Under the pieces are notes generated by a model, which saw only the letters and a list, made by a program, of their open reading frames with translations, searched no databases and had not been told where the DNA came from. From Pirellulales bacterium (GTDB lineage: Bacteria > Planctomycetota > Planctomycetia > Pirellulales > JAICIG01), in the NCBI GenBank assembly GCA_040901675.1, contig JBBDYJ010000041.1, positions 81,651 through 145,650 on the forward strand: a DNA stretch of 64,000 nt, read 5' to 3'. This document shows positions 49,031 through 58,303 of the stretch, one piece after another. The translations under genes were made by a program, and so were the position numbers. The number at the start of each line of letters is the position of its first letter. Within the stretch, counting starts at the first letter, position 1.

Positions 49031-49509
49031 CGTTCGTCTCCCGCTGAAGTGACGCTAACCTTGATTTGCTTGACGCGCCGCGACCGCCCGGCCCGATCGG
49101 CAGGATAATCGGCCTGCGCGGTAACGTGAACGCCCGGCCCCTCCGACATCGACTCCACGCGAATCTCCACCGCACCCGCCCAGCGTCCGCCCACCTCGGC
49201 GGCGCCCACCCCCCCGGTCGCGCCCGTGTAGTCCGGCGCGGCGCGGCGGCGCGCCGCGGCCCGCTCGATGGCCGCTTCCGCCAGCCAGCGGGCCTGCGCT
49301 TCGCGCTCCTGCTGCACCAGCAGCTTATGTTCCATCACCCCGGCCTTGAGCAGCGAGGCCGCCAGGGCGATCGCCACCGACAGACAGATCATGACGACCA
49401 GCAGGATCGCGCCCTGGCGATCGGTTCTCCCTCGTAAAACGGAATGCATTCCGTTTCCTCGTCGTAGAACGGAATTCATTCCGTTTTCCCGTCGTAGAAC
49501 CCAATTCAT
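49027..49509 (-). CDS. GspK/PilX-like minor pseudopilin (alternative ATGs at 49479 and 49449)
   Basis: RQGAILLVVMICL N-terminal helix lacking E5; QARWLAEAAIERA. Confidence 0.7.
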   Translation of the reverse strand: MNWVLRRENGMNSVLRRGNGMHSVLRGRTDRQGAILLVVMICLSVAIALAASLLKAGVMEHKLLVQQEREAQARWLAEAAIERAAARRRAAPDYTGATGGVGAAEVGGRWAGAVEIRVESMSEGPGVHVTAQADYPADRAGRSRRVKQIKVSVTSAGDER

Positions 49510-49598
49510 TCCGTTTCTCCTTTCGTTCCCAATCCAACCGCCGTGCGCTCCGCAAACGGAATAAATTCCGTTCTACTACGGACAGAATTCCGTTCTAC
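49434..49598. repeat. Five family-B REP copies embedded at a coding junction
   Basis: Three direct copies with 30-bp period (49434, 49464, 49494) and two inverted copies (49554-49576, 49580-49598). Confidence 0.8.
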
Positions 49599-50120
49599 CT
49601 CGTCGATGAATCGCAGGTCGCCCCCCACGATCGCCTCCAGGCGCCAGGCTGAGCCGGCTTCGTCTTCGAGAGAGAGCACCGCTATGGTAATACCGTCGGA
49701 CTCGTCAACCGCAAACACCGGGCGGGCTCGCTCTGTCAGGCGAAACATTTCGCGCCCTGGCGATGAGCCGGTCCGCCGAAGGCGGATCTGGCGGACCAGG
49801 CCGCCCGGCTCCGCGCGATACTCGACCGTGCCGCCGCCGGGCCGCAAGAAGGCGAGGCCCGCCGCCTTCTCCTGGTCGGCTGCGACCGGGACAACTGCGC
49901 CGGCTGCGGCGGCATCGCGGCGGAAGTCATCGGCCAGCCGGCCCAGGGACGCCGTCTCGACCAGGTGCCGGCGGCCGCCGCGTTCGAGTTTCAACAGCGT
50001 GACCAGCAGTGTCGCGGCCAGCCCACTAACGACCGAAGCAACGGCAATCACAACCAACAATTCGACGAGCGAAACCCCCCGGCGGGACCGCCGTAGCGCA
50101 AAATGTAGAACGCAACTCAT
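49506..50120 (-). CDS. GspJ/PilW-like minor pseudopilin
   Basis: RRGVSLVELLVVIAV prepilin site; RLADDFRRD; ATG at 50120. Confidence 0.75.
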   Translation of the reverse strand: MSCVLHFALRRSRRGVSLVELLVVIAVASVVSGLAATLLVTLLKLERGGRRHLVETASLGRLADDFRRDAAAAGAVVPVAADQEKAAGLAFLRPGGGTVEYRAEPGGLVRQIRLRRTGSSPGREMFRLTERARPVFAVDESDGITIAVLSLEDEAGSAWRLEAIVGGDLRFIDEVERNSVRSRTEFIPFAERTAVGLGTKGETE

Positions 50121-50542
50121 TCCGTTTTTCCTTGCTGATAAATCCAGCTTGTCAATCGCAGCGATCGGGCCGGCTGGCCCGACCCGGTCCGCCAGGCGAC
50201 CAGGACGACAATCCGCTTCGATCCGGGCGGACTCGCCTCGCTGGTCAATTCGACTCGCAACGGGTCCTTGCTCAGGGCGGGATGCTCCGGCAAGCTCAGC
50301 CTGATCTGCTCGGCTCGCTCGGCGGTGAGCGAATCGAAGGGCTGGGCCGCCAGCCGCGCCAACAGGTTCTCGGCATGCTGGATGGCAAAGCGGTGATTCT
50401 CCAAGCCCCGGCGCTGCTGGGCCGCGGCCACCACCATCGTCGCCACGACCGACGATCCGGCGATAAACAAGACAGCGGCTACCATGGCTTCCAGCAAGGT
50501 CACGCCGCGGCGGTCGCACGAGCTGCGCGTCGAGGCATTCAT
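50117..50542 (-). CDS. GspI/PilV-like minor pseudopilin
   Basis: RRGVTLLEAMVAAVL; ATGA overlap with the upstream gspF. Confidence 0.75.
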   Translation of the reverse strand: MNASTRSSCDRRGVTLLEAMVAAVLFIAGSSVVATMVVAAAQQRRGLENHRFAIQHAENLLARLAAQPFDSLTAERAEQIRLSLPEHPALSKDPLRVELTSEASPPGSKRIVVLVAWRTGSGQPARSLRLTSWIYQQGKTE

Positions 50543-51810
50543 ATCAGAGACCATACCAGAGACTCGATTATATGGAACAAGGGAATGAACAACGCAACAA
50601 CGACAAACGCCACCAGCAGGCCGAAGATCAGGATGACGGAGGGTATCAACACATCCAAGAGGGCCTGCAAGCGGTACCCGAAGCGGCGTTCGATGGTGGC
50701 AGCCGCTTCGCGCAAGGCCCAGCCCAGGTTGCCGACCAACGTGGCGCTTTTCATCACGGCCACTTCCGACGTGGGCAGCAGGCCCCGGGCGTGGAGGCTT
50801 TCGGCCCAATCAGCCCCCGCGCTCATATCCGAAAGCGTGCCGGCCAGCCGGCTGCGAATGGCGGCACGGGGGTGGGCGCGAGCCATAGCCGTCAGGCCCA
50901 CGATCAAGGGGCGGCCGGCGTCAACGCCAAGGGCCAATCCTCGCAGCACCAAGCTGGCGTCGAGCCGTCGCCTGGGATCGATCGACCGGGGGAGGTGCCA
51001 GGCGAGGCCGAGGAGGTATAGCACGCCGGCCACCGCGGCCGCGACCAGCAGCAGAGCAGGCAGCCAGAATAGATACTGGGCCGACCAGTCGCCTGCATCG
51101 ATCAGCCATTGGGTCATTCGAGGCACCTCTTGGCCAAAATCGCTCATGACGGCCGCAAATGCGGGAATCACCTGGAGCATCACGAAGACCATGATCAAGA
51201 GCCCAAACATCGACAACATGACAAAGTACCAAAGGGCATACATGGCCCGGGCCACAGGGGGTGAAGGCGCCGTCAGCGTGACCGACTCGGCAAGCGCCTG
51301 GCGTAAGGCCCCCGATTCGGCCCCCGACTGGATCAGTGCCAGCGCCTTGCGCCCCACCAGGCCGCGCACCCTCCCCAGCGCTTCGTCGAGAGGCACCCCA
51401 CTCTCCAGCAGCGTGGCCAAGCGGCCGACGCGCCCCGCGAACGGATCTCGCCATTCGCCGGCAAAGGCGGCCACCGCCGGCCCTAACGGGACGGAGCTGC
51501 CGGCTGCCGCAGCCAACAACCCGAGCAAGGCCTGCCGTTGACTCGCTTGGTGTCGCTCCGCGGCGATTCCAGCCACGGCCCCCAATGCGGCCACGAAGAA
51601 GATGCTGAAAACGCCCATCAGCGCCGCGCAGGCCGAAATCAAGGCGCCGACGATCATGGTGCGCGCCGCGGCAGTGAGCATCAGGCACAGCTCGTCGCGT
51701 GGCGGCGGGGCATGCGGCCCGTAGAGCATCCGCAAGGCCACGTGGACGGCCATGCCCAGCAGGAGCAGCCCCGGCGCTGTGACCAGGATTTGCGAATCAT
51801 AGCCGCTCAT
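50539..51810 (-). CDS. gspF: Type II secretion system F family protein
   Basis: LESGVPLDEAL, VIPAFAAVMSDFGQEVPRMT, terminal ALFIPLF. Confidence 0.8.
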   Translation of the reverse strand: MSGYDSQILVTAPGLLLLGMAVHVALRMLYGPHAPPPRDELCLMLTAAARTMIVGALISACAALMGVFSIFFVAALGAVAGIAAERHQASQRQALLGLLAAAAGSSVPLGPAVAAFAGEWRDPFAGRVGRLATLLESGVPLDEALGRVRGLVGRKALALIQSGAESGALRQALAESVTLTAPSPPVARAMYALWYFVMLSMFGLLIMVFVMLQVIPAFAAVMSDFGQEVPRMTQWLIDAGDWSAQYLFWLPALLLVAAAVAGVLYLLGLAWHLPRSIDPRRRLDASLVLRGLALGVDAGRPLIVGLTAMARAHPRAAIRSRLAGTLSDMSAGADWAESLHARGLLPTSEVAVMKSATLVGNLGWALREAAATIERRFGYRLQALLDVLIPSVILIFGLLVAFVVVALFIPLFHIIESLVWSLI

Positions 51811-51811
51811 A

Positions 51812-52861
51812 TCACGTCAATCGCTCGATCAAAGAGACGATGGGAAGTACTAGTGCGGCGATCATTGTCAGCAGCCCGCCCAAGATAATCAAAAAGGTGA
51901 AGGGTGGGACGAGCATGCGCAACAGCACCAGTTGCGCCTCGACCCGGCCCTCGAGCACCTGGGCCAGAATGCGAAGCGCCTGGGGCAGCGTGCCGCTGCC
52001 TTGCCCCCACCTGAGGATGCCCTGCATGCTCTCGGGAAACTGCGGCAGTCTCTGGATGCTTTGATCCAAGGGGCAGCCGGCGGCCGCGCGGCGGGCCACG
52101 ACGCGGGAAGCATCGCCCAGGTCGGCGTCGCGGCTTCCCTCTCCGGCCAACTCAACGGCCACGGCGAGAGGCACGCGTCGTTCGATCAACAGCGCCAGCA
52201 GACGCACAAACCGCGCCAAGCCGCTCCAGCGGGCCAAGGGGCCCAACAGCGGAAAACGGTTAAGCGTGTGGCGTACCGCCGGCACCCCCGAAAAGAGACA
52301 AACCAGGGCAAACAGGCCCGCAACACCTGCCAGGTGGGCGATTAAAAGCCAGGGGCCTCCCTCGGCGACGCCGATCCACAATTGGGTCTGCACCGGCACA
52401 CGCACTTCAAAGTCACGATACATACTGGCCAGCTCGGGCACCACGGCCAGCGTGAAGAACACGAACAGCGCCACCAGCATCAACATCAAGAGCGCCGGAT
52501 AGGCCAGGTTCATGACAATCCGGCGGCGCAAGGCCCTGGCGGTGCGTTCCAACTGGATTACCTCCTCCAGGCTTACCGCCAGGTCGGTCGAACAGACGCC
52601 GGCCACCAACAAGGCCCGCACCGGACGGGAAAACCGCGACGGACCTTGCAGGACCTCTTCCAGCGACTTGCCGGCACGCAACTGTTCAGCCGCCGCCGCA
52701 AAGGCCCGCGACAGCCGGCTCGGCGCCACCTCGCGGGCCGCCGCTTCCAGCCCGCCCGGAAGCGGCTGGTTCGACTGGAGCAACTGCGCCAGCAGGGCGG
52801 CCCAACCATTGGCCTCGACGCTCGAAAGCTGGCTTGCGGGTGATGGGCCGGTCGTAGTCAT
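51812..52861 (-). CDS. gspF: Type II secretion system F family protein
   Basis: LRAGKSLEE, LAYPALL, PLLGPLARW, GQGSGTLPQAL. Confidence 0.8.
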   Translation of the reverse strand: MTTTGPSPASQLSSVEANGWAALLAQLLQSNQPLPGGLEAAAREVAPSRLSRAFAAAAEQLRAGKSLEEVLQGPSRFSRPVRALLVAGVCSTDLAVSLEEVIQLERTARALRRRIVMNLAYPALLMLMLVALFVFFTLAVVPELASMYRDFEVRVPVQTQLWIGVAEGGPWLLIAHLAGVAGLFALVCLFSGVPAVRHTLNRFPLLGPLARWSGLARFVRLLALLIERRVPLAVAVELAGEGSRDADLGDASRVVARRAAAGCPLDQSIQRLPQFPESMQGILRWGQGSGTLPQALRILAQVLEGRVEAQLVLLRMLVPPFTFLIILGGLLTMIAALVLPIVSLIERLT

Positions 52862-52881
52862 CAGTGAGTCGATCGGGCGTC

Positions 52882-53955
52882 TTAGCCGGTAATGGATCGC
52901 AACAGGCTTGTCCAAGGCAGAAACACCAAGAGTGCGTAGGCCAGCGTTGCCGACCCGGCGATCCCGACGGTCAATATCACGGGCAGCAGCAATTGCGTCG
53001 CCTCGGCACGCTCCCGCGCCCGCTCGCGGTAGATCTCCGCCGTGTGGTGCAGGGCCGCACAGAGGGTGCCTGATTGATGACCGCGGGCGATCAGCCAGCA
53101 TGCCAGCGGAGGCAAGCTGGGCGAGCCCGCCCAGCACGCGTCCAACGAATCGCCGCGTTCGATCGCCCCGGCCATCTTCTGCGCCTCGGCCTGCACGCTG
53201 GAGCTGCCCGTGGCGTCGGCGGCCAGCACCAGCGCCTCGCCGAGCGGTGTCTCATGCTCGACCAGCAGGGCCGCCAGCTCCGTGAACATGGCGGTCTGGC
53301 TGTCCGACAGCAGGCCGCCGACGCCCGGAATCCAGCCCAGTGTGCGCCGCGCCCAGTGCGGTTGCACCAGCAGCGACCGGCCCGAGCCCAGCCACCAGGC
53401 CAAGAGCGCCCCCAGCACCAGCGCCGGCAGCGCCGGCCCCCACCAGGCGGCCGACGCGCCGGCTCGCGCCAGGTAGTGCATCCAGGGGGCGGAGGGCGCG
53501 GCGAAACTCTCGAACAGCCCGGCCATTCTCGGTGCAAACTCGATGATAAACGCCAGCGACAGCCCGTAGGCCAGCGATACCACGATCAACGGGTAAACCA
53601 GCGCGGCGGCGCTGACCCTGCGCAGCTCGCCGATCCGGCGGGCCGAGGCCGCCACCGACTCCAGGGCGGCCGGCAGCCGGCCGGACCGCAGGCCCGCCTC
53701 GACCACGGCCGCATACAGCGGCGGAAACCTGCCGCGCTGGCCGGCCAGCGCCTCGGCCAGCGTCTCGCCTTGCGCCAGCCGCCGGCCCAGCTCATTCGTC
53801 ATGCGTCGCAGGCGGCCCGGCAGATCGGGCCCCGCCTCGACCAGTCCGCGTTCCAGTGGCACCCCCGCCCGGACCAGCGCCGCGATTTCATCATTCAGCG
53901 CGATCAGGTCATCCAGCGCGATCGGCCTCTTGCGTTTGCTGTCGATGAAAGACAC
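52882..53955 (-). CDS. gspF: Type II secretion system F family protein
   Basis: LVRAGVPLERGL, FPPLYAAVVEAGLRSGRL, ALVYPLIV. Confidence 0.85.
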   Translation of the reverse strand: MSFIDSKRKRPIALDDLIALNDEIAALVRAGVPLERGLVEAGPDLPGRLRRMTNELGRRLAQGETLAEALAGQRGRFPPLYAAVVEAGLRSGRLPAALESVAASARRIGELRRVSAAALVYPLIVVSLAYGLSLAFIIEFAPRMAGLFESFAAPSAPWMHYLARAGASAAWWGPALPALVLGALLAWWLGSGRSLLVQPHWARRTLGWIPGVGGLLSDSQTAMFTELAALLVEHETPLGEALVLAADATGSSSVQAEAQKMAGAIERGDSLDACWAGSPSLPPLACWLIARGHQSGTLCAALHHTAEIYRERARERAEATQLLLPVILTVGIAGSATLAYALLVFLPWTSLLRSITG

Positions 53956-54060
53956 CGAAAACCCGACTAGGGGCCAACGGAAACGATCCCAGCTCGGATG
54001 TTGTCTTGGACGCCGAGCAATTCCAGATTGTAATCCGTCGCGCCCCGGATGCCAGCACCC

Positions 54061-54121
54061 AAAAAGAAAGGGGACATTCTACTTTTTCAGCAAAAAGAAA
54101 GGGGACATTCTACTTTTTCAG
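54061..54121 (+). repeat. 30-bp AT-rich tandem repeat
   Basis: aaaaagaaaggggacattctactttttcag twice, with degenerate copies near 54141 and inverted near 54217-54234. Confidence 0.8.
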
Positions 54122-54257
54122 AAAGAAAGGGGGCAACCTTAAGAGACATTCCATTTTTGCCCGGTGCTGAACTGACAACGGGACCAGTTTCTTTCCGGCG
54201 CTGCAACGGACCCTAGAATCGGAATATCCCCTTTCCAACTTCAAGCCTCGCTGGGCC

Positions 54258-55454
54258 TTATTGTGCCTGTCCACTGTCCCCTATGCCCAGCACGCGGCGG
54301 ACCTCGGCGGGGCTGGTCAGGCCGGCCTCGATCGCCTGCTGGGCACGCTGCCAACGACTGATCATGCCCTGCTGAATCGCCAGGTGCTCCAGGTGCGCCG
54401 CGTCGCTCTGAGATAAGATGGCCCGGCCCAACTCGCTGGCATCGGCCAGCAGCATCTCGGCCAGCACGAGGCGCCCCTGATAGCCCGTGCCGCGGCAGTC
54501 GGAACAGCCGGCCGGCAGCCGCGCCTCCCTGACGGGCAGACCGAGCAAAGCGGCTGCGTCATCGCAGGGCCCGGCGCAGTGGCAGAGACGCCGCACCAGG
54601 CGCTGGCAGATGATGGCCAACAGGCCGCTGCGCAGCAGGTACGGAGCAATGCCCATGTCGGAGAGGCGGCTGATCGCGCCCGCGGCGCTGCCGGCGTGAA
54701 ACGTGCTCAGCACCAGGTGGCCGGTGAGCGAGGCTTGAAAGGCGACCTCGGCCGTGGGCCGGTCCCGGATCTCGCCCACCATGATCACCTCCGGATCCTG
54801 CCGCATCAGAAAGCGCAGTCCCTTGGCCAGATCGAAGTCGGCGGCCGGATTGACCTGCGACTGAGCCACCCCTTCGACGGCCATCTCGATCGGGTCTTCC
54901 AGCGAGGCGATGCTGCGGCCCCCACCCGACTCGCGGACCACTTCCCGCAGGCAGGCATAGAGCGTGGTGGTCTTGCCGCTGCCCGCCGGCCCCGTGACCA
55001 GGACGGCGCCCGACGTCTCGGCCAGCAGGCGGCGCAGCCAATCGCGAATCTCGCCGGTGAGGCCCAGGTCGTCGAGCAACAGCAAGCGGCCGGGCTGGGC
55101 AAACAGCCGCACGACGGCTTTTTCGCCGTAGAGCGTGGGAAACGTGCTCACGCGGATCTCGGCGCCCGCGGAACCCCGGTGGATGCGGCCTTCCTGCGGC
55201 ACGTCGGTCTTGTAGGTGAGCAGCTCGGCCAGCACCTTGAGCCGCGCCACCACGTTGGGAGCGCCTTGCCGGGGCAGCCGGGCGATCGGCTCCAGCACGC
55301 CGTCCAGCCGCCAACGCAAATCGAGACCCTCGGCGGTCGGTTGGAGGTGCAGGTCGCTCGCGCCCGCTTGGTCGGCCGCCGCCAGCAAGCGATCGACCAC
55401 CTGCGTGGCGTACGCGGGGTCAGCCGTGTCGAGTGTCTCGAAGTCGGGCAGCAT
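54258..55454 (-). CDS. gspE: GspE/PilB family secretion ATPase (short form)
   Basis: ASDLHLQP, GPAGSGKTTT, LEDPIE, RQDPEVIMVGEIRD, TGHLVLSTFH, Cys pairs. Confidence 0.9.
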   Translation of the reverse strand: MLPDFETLDTADPAYATQVVDRLLAAADQAGASDLHLQPTAEGLDLRWRLDGVLEPIARLPRQGAPNVVARLKVLAELLTYKTDVPQEGRIHRGSAGAEIRVSTFPTLYGEKAVVRLFAQPGRLLLLDDLGLTGEIRDWLRRLLAETSGAVLVTGPAGSGKTTTLYACLREVVRESGGGRSIASLEDPIEMAVEGVAQSQVNPAADFDLAKGLRFLMRQDPEVIMVGEIRDRPTAEVAFQASLTGHLVLSTFHAGSAAGAISRLSDMGIAPYLLRSGLLAIICQRLVRRLCHCAGPCDDAAALLGLPVREARLPAGCSDCRGTGYQGRLVLAEMLLADASELGRAILSQSDAAHLEHLAIQQGMISRWQRAQQAIEAGLTSPAEVRRVLGIGDSGQAQ

Positions 55455-55455
55455 G

Positions 55456-56166
55456 CTACGCGTCGTCTTCGCCGGGGACGGTCAAGGCCTGGCCGTTGTG
55501 GCGCGGACCGAGCGAGAGCAGAAAGGGGACCGCGCGGGTGGCCCAGTCGGACGGCGATGGATATGAACGCGCCGACTCGCCAAAGCAACTGCGGAGCATG
55601 TCGGTATCGATGATCCCAGGGTTGAGCGGCACCGCCGCCATGCCCGAAGGCAGCTCCTGGGCCAGGGCCCGCGAGAGACCCTCGATCGCCCACTTCGTGG
55701 CGCAGTACGCAGCCACCTCGGGCGAGGTCGAGCGCCCCCAGCCCGAGCTGAAGTTGACGATCACCCCCTGGCCACGCTCGACCATCGGAGGCACGAAATG
55801 CCGGATGCAATTGGCCACGCCCGTGATGTTCACCGCGATCACTTGCTCGAACTCCTCGGAGGGCACTTGCCACAGCGGCCGATTGCGGTTGACCAAACCG
55901 GCGTTGTTGATCACCAGATCGGCAACGAAGCCCGCCTCGGCGGCGCGGCCGGCCCAGGCCGCCACTTGCTCGTCGCGGCTGACGTCCACAACGTCGAACT
56001 GCTGCGGCGGACCCCAGCGGCGCCGCAGTCGATTGATTGCATCGCCCGAGCGCGAGCAGCCCCACACTTCGTGCCCGCGCTCGATAAAGCCTTCGGCCAT
56101 CGCCAGCCCAAGGCCGCGGCTGACGCCCGTGAGGACGATCCGTTTTGGTTTTTCGGAAGCAGCCAC
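55456..56166 (-). CDS. SDR family oxidoreductase
   Basis: TGVSRGLG, INNAG, YCATK. Confidence 0.9.
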   Translation of the reverse strand: MAASEKPKRIVLTGVSRGLGLAMAEGFIERGHEVWGCSRSGDAINRLRRRWGPPQQFDVVDVSRDEQVAAWAGRAAEAGFVADLVINNAGLVNRNRPLWQVPSEEFEQVIAVNITGVANCIRHFVPPMVERGQGVIVNFSSGWGRSTSPEVAAYCATKWAIEGLSRALAQELPSGMAAVPLNPGIIDTDMLRSCFGESARSYPSPSDWATRAVPFLLSLGPRHNGQALTVPGEDDA

Positions 56167-56171
56167 GATTG

Positions 56172-56735
56172 CTACGCCCGGGAGAGGAATTCGCCTGTGC
56201 GCGTGTCGACCTTGATCACTTCACCCTCGGCCAGATACTCGGGCACTTGAATCACCGTGCCTGTTTCAAGCGTGGCGGGCTTGGTGCGGCCCGTGGCCGA
56301 GTTGCCCTTGACTTGCGGGTCGCATTGGGCGATCCGCAGCGCCACGGTCGAAGGTATCTGCACGCCCACGCATTGCTCGTTGTAAATCAAGGCCTGCACC
56401 CCTTCCAGCTCGGGCGTCAGGTAGCGAACCTCCTCCTCGACGTCGCCGGCCGGCAGGGCGTACTGGTTGAAGTCGACCTCGTCCAGGAAGTGCAGGTGCG
56501 TGCCGTCGGAGTACATGAACCTGGCGGCCCGCTTCTGAAAGTCGGCCTCGTCGAGCGAGTCGCCTCCCTTGAGCGTGATGTCGACCTTCTGCCTGGTCAG
56601 CAGGTTGCGGGCCCGGTACTTGTAATAGGTGGAGGCGCCGCGGGCCGAGGGGCTTTGCACGGCGATCGTCTCGATCAGGCAGGGCGCGCCGCCGTAGTTG
56701 ACGATCATCCCGCGCTTAATGTCCTTGGCAAGCAT
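56172..56735 (-). CDS. yeiP: Elongation factor P-like protein (EfpL/YeiP type)
   Basis: EF-P fold (KPATLETG, KVDTRTGEFLSRA) with tip loop SPSARG rather than KPGKG. Confidence 0.75.
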   Translation of the reverse strand: MLAKDIKRGMIVNYGGAPCLIETIAVQSPSARGASTYYKYRARNLLTRQKVDITLKGGDSLDEADFQKRAARFMYSDGTHLHFLDEVDFNQYALPAGDVEEEVRYLTPELEGVQALIYNEQCVGVQIPSTVALRIAQCDPQVKGNSATGRTKPATLETGTVIQVPEYLAEGEVIKVDTRTGEFLSRA

Positions 56736-56747
56736 GGTGGCCGACAG

Positions 56748-57233
56748 CTACATCAGAGTACCGGATTGCGGATCCACGCCGACCCCGTCGGTCAGCTCGA
56801 TCAACGCGTCGAGCACGACCAACAGCGCGCTGGGATCGAAGACCTCGTCCGCGTCGTCGCCGGGCATTTCCTCGACCATCTGCTCGAAGTGCATGATCTC
56901 GAAGCGCGCGTCGCATTTCGGCAAGCGGGCCAGCTTGCCCCCGTCGACCCCCTCGCCCGGGCGCATCTCCGACTTCAACGCGCTGACCTGCTCGCGCACC
57001 TCGTCGCCGCTGGCGTACTCGATCTCCAGGGCCGAGTGGTCCCGCGGCGAAACGATGTTCAGCGTCTCGATGTGGCCGGCGGCATCGGCCGCCGCCGATT
57101 TGACTTGAAAGTGCCCGCCCAGCTCGCGGACCGCCTTCTGCACCTGGCGCAACAGGGGGCGCCGGGCGGCCTCGAACAGCACGAAGTAGGTCTCGCGCCA
57201 CTCGAACTGGTCGTCTTGGGGAGTCGGACTCAT
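56748..57233 (-). CDS. Conserved hypothetical protein
   Basis: FEWRETYFVLF..CDARFEIMHFE..DPSALL..GVGVDPQSG; ATGA-coupled within the proC-efpL operon. Confidence 0.75.
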   Translation of the reverse strand: MSPTPQDDQFEWRETYFVLFEAARRPLLRQVQKAVRELGGHFQVKSAAADAAGHIETLNIVSPRDHSALEIEYASGDEVREQVSALKSEMRPGEGVDGGKLARLPKCDARFEIMHFEQMVEEMPGDDADEVFDPSALLVVLDALIELTDGVGVDPQSGTLM

Positions 57234-57472
57234 TCCCATGTCTCGTCTTCTTCTTCGGCAGGCCCCACTCCTCCCGCCCACTCTTCCAGCGCCTCGAGCA
57301 AGGCGTCGCGTTCCTCGTGGTTGGCCCAGACCACCTCGCCCTGCTCCAGCCGCACCTCGTAGTAGCCTTCGCGCTGGCAGTCTTCCGCGCCGCAAAAGTG
57401 CGGCGTCGCCGCCACCCACACCACTCGGTACAGCGGCACGTGCTTGTCGTCCAGAACAAAGAATACAGACAT
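57230..57472 (-). CDS. Small conserved hypothetical protein
   Basis: KHVPLYRVVWVAATPHFCG..C.REG.YEVRLE; operon context. Confidence 0.7.
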   Translation of the reverse strand: MSVFFVLDDKHVPLYRVVWVAATPHFCGAEDCQREGYYEVRLEQGEVVWANHEERDALLEALEEWAGGVGPAEEEDETWE

Positions 57473-57487
57473 CGCTGAATCCGCCGT

Positions 57488-58303
57488 TTAGGTTGCCGTT
57501 CCCAGCTCCGCCGACCGCCGCGTGGCCGCTTCCACGGCCGCGATCAATGCTGCCCGCAGCCCCGCTGCCTCCAGCGCCGCCAGCCCGGCAATGGTCGTGC
57601 CGCCCGGACTGGCGACGCGGTCCTTGAGCACCCCCGGGTGTTCGTTGGTTTGGATGACCATCGCCGCCGCTCCCCGCATGGTCTGGGCGGCCAGCTTCAG
57701 GGCCAGCTCCCGCGGCAGGCCCATCCGCACCCCGCCGTCGGCCAGCGCCTCGATGATCACGTAGGCGAAGGCCGGCCCGGAACCGGACAGCCCCGTCACG
57801 GCGTCGAGCAGCTTTTCCTCGACTTCGAAGGCCAAGCCCACCGATTCCAGCAATCGTGCCACCAGGTGCCCGTCGGCCGGGCGGGCCGAATCGCCCAGGC
57901 AGTACGCGCTGGCCCCCTGTCCGATCAGGCAAGGCGTGTTGGGCATCACTCGCACCAGCCTGGCCGCGCCGCCCAGGCCGCGGGCCAATGCCGCCAGCCC
58001 AACGCCGGCGGCCACCGATACGACCAGGTGACGATCGTCGAGCTTGCCGCGCAGCTCGGCGAACACTTGGGACATCTGTTGCGGCTTGACTGCCAAAAAC
58101 AAGCAGTCCGACTCGGCCGCCACGCGGGCATTGTCGCTGGTCGTGCGGGCGCCGGTGGCCTGAGTGAACTCGGCGGCGGCGGCCGGCACGGGATCGCTGG
58201 CCAGGATCGCGCCGGCCTTGGTCAGCCCCGCTTCCACAAACCCGCGGGCCAGCGCCGTGGCCATGCGGCCCGCGCCGATGAATCCAAATCGTGTTTCTGC
58301 CAT
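57488..58303 (-). CDS. proC: Pyrroline-5-carboxylate reductase
   Basis: GFIGAGRMA, LAVKPQ, RVMPNTP, TGLSGSGPAF, VASPGGTTIAG. Confidence 0.95.
   Translation of the reverse strand: MAETRFGFIGAGRMATALARGFVEAGLTKAGAILASDPVPAAAAEFTQATGARTTSDNARVAAESDCLFLAVKPQQMSQVFAELRGKLDDRHLVVSVAAGVGLAALARGLGGAARLVRVMPNTPCLIGQGASAYCLGDSARPADGHLVARLLESVGLAFEVEEKLLDAVTGLSGSGPAFAYVIIEALADGGVRMGLPRELALKLAAQTMRGAAAMVIQTNEHPGVLKDRVASPGGTTIAGLAALEAAGLRAALIAAVEAATRRSAELGTAT

Noticed and set aside
49434..49516. Regularly spaced palindromic repeats resembling a CRISPR array (also 32235-32295 and 61451-61549)
   Set aside because: Spacers are only about 5-14 bp, repeats are degenerate and dispersed, and no cas genes are present; REP-like instead.
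45674..56735. DHS-like enzyme hypusinating the nearby EF-P paralog
   Set aside because: The paralog has Arg (SARG), not Lys, at the tip, the genes are ~10 kb apart on opposite strands, and hypusination is an a/eIF5A trait.
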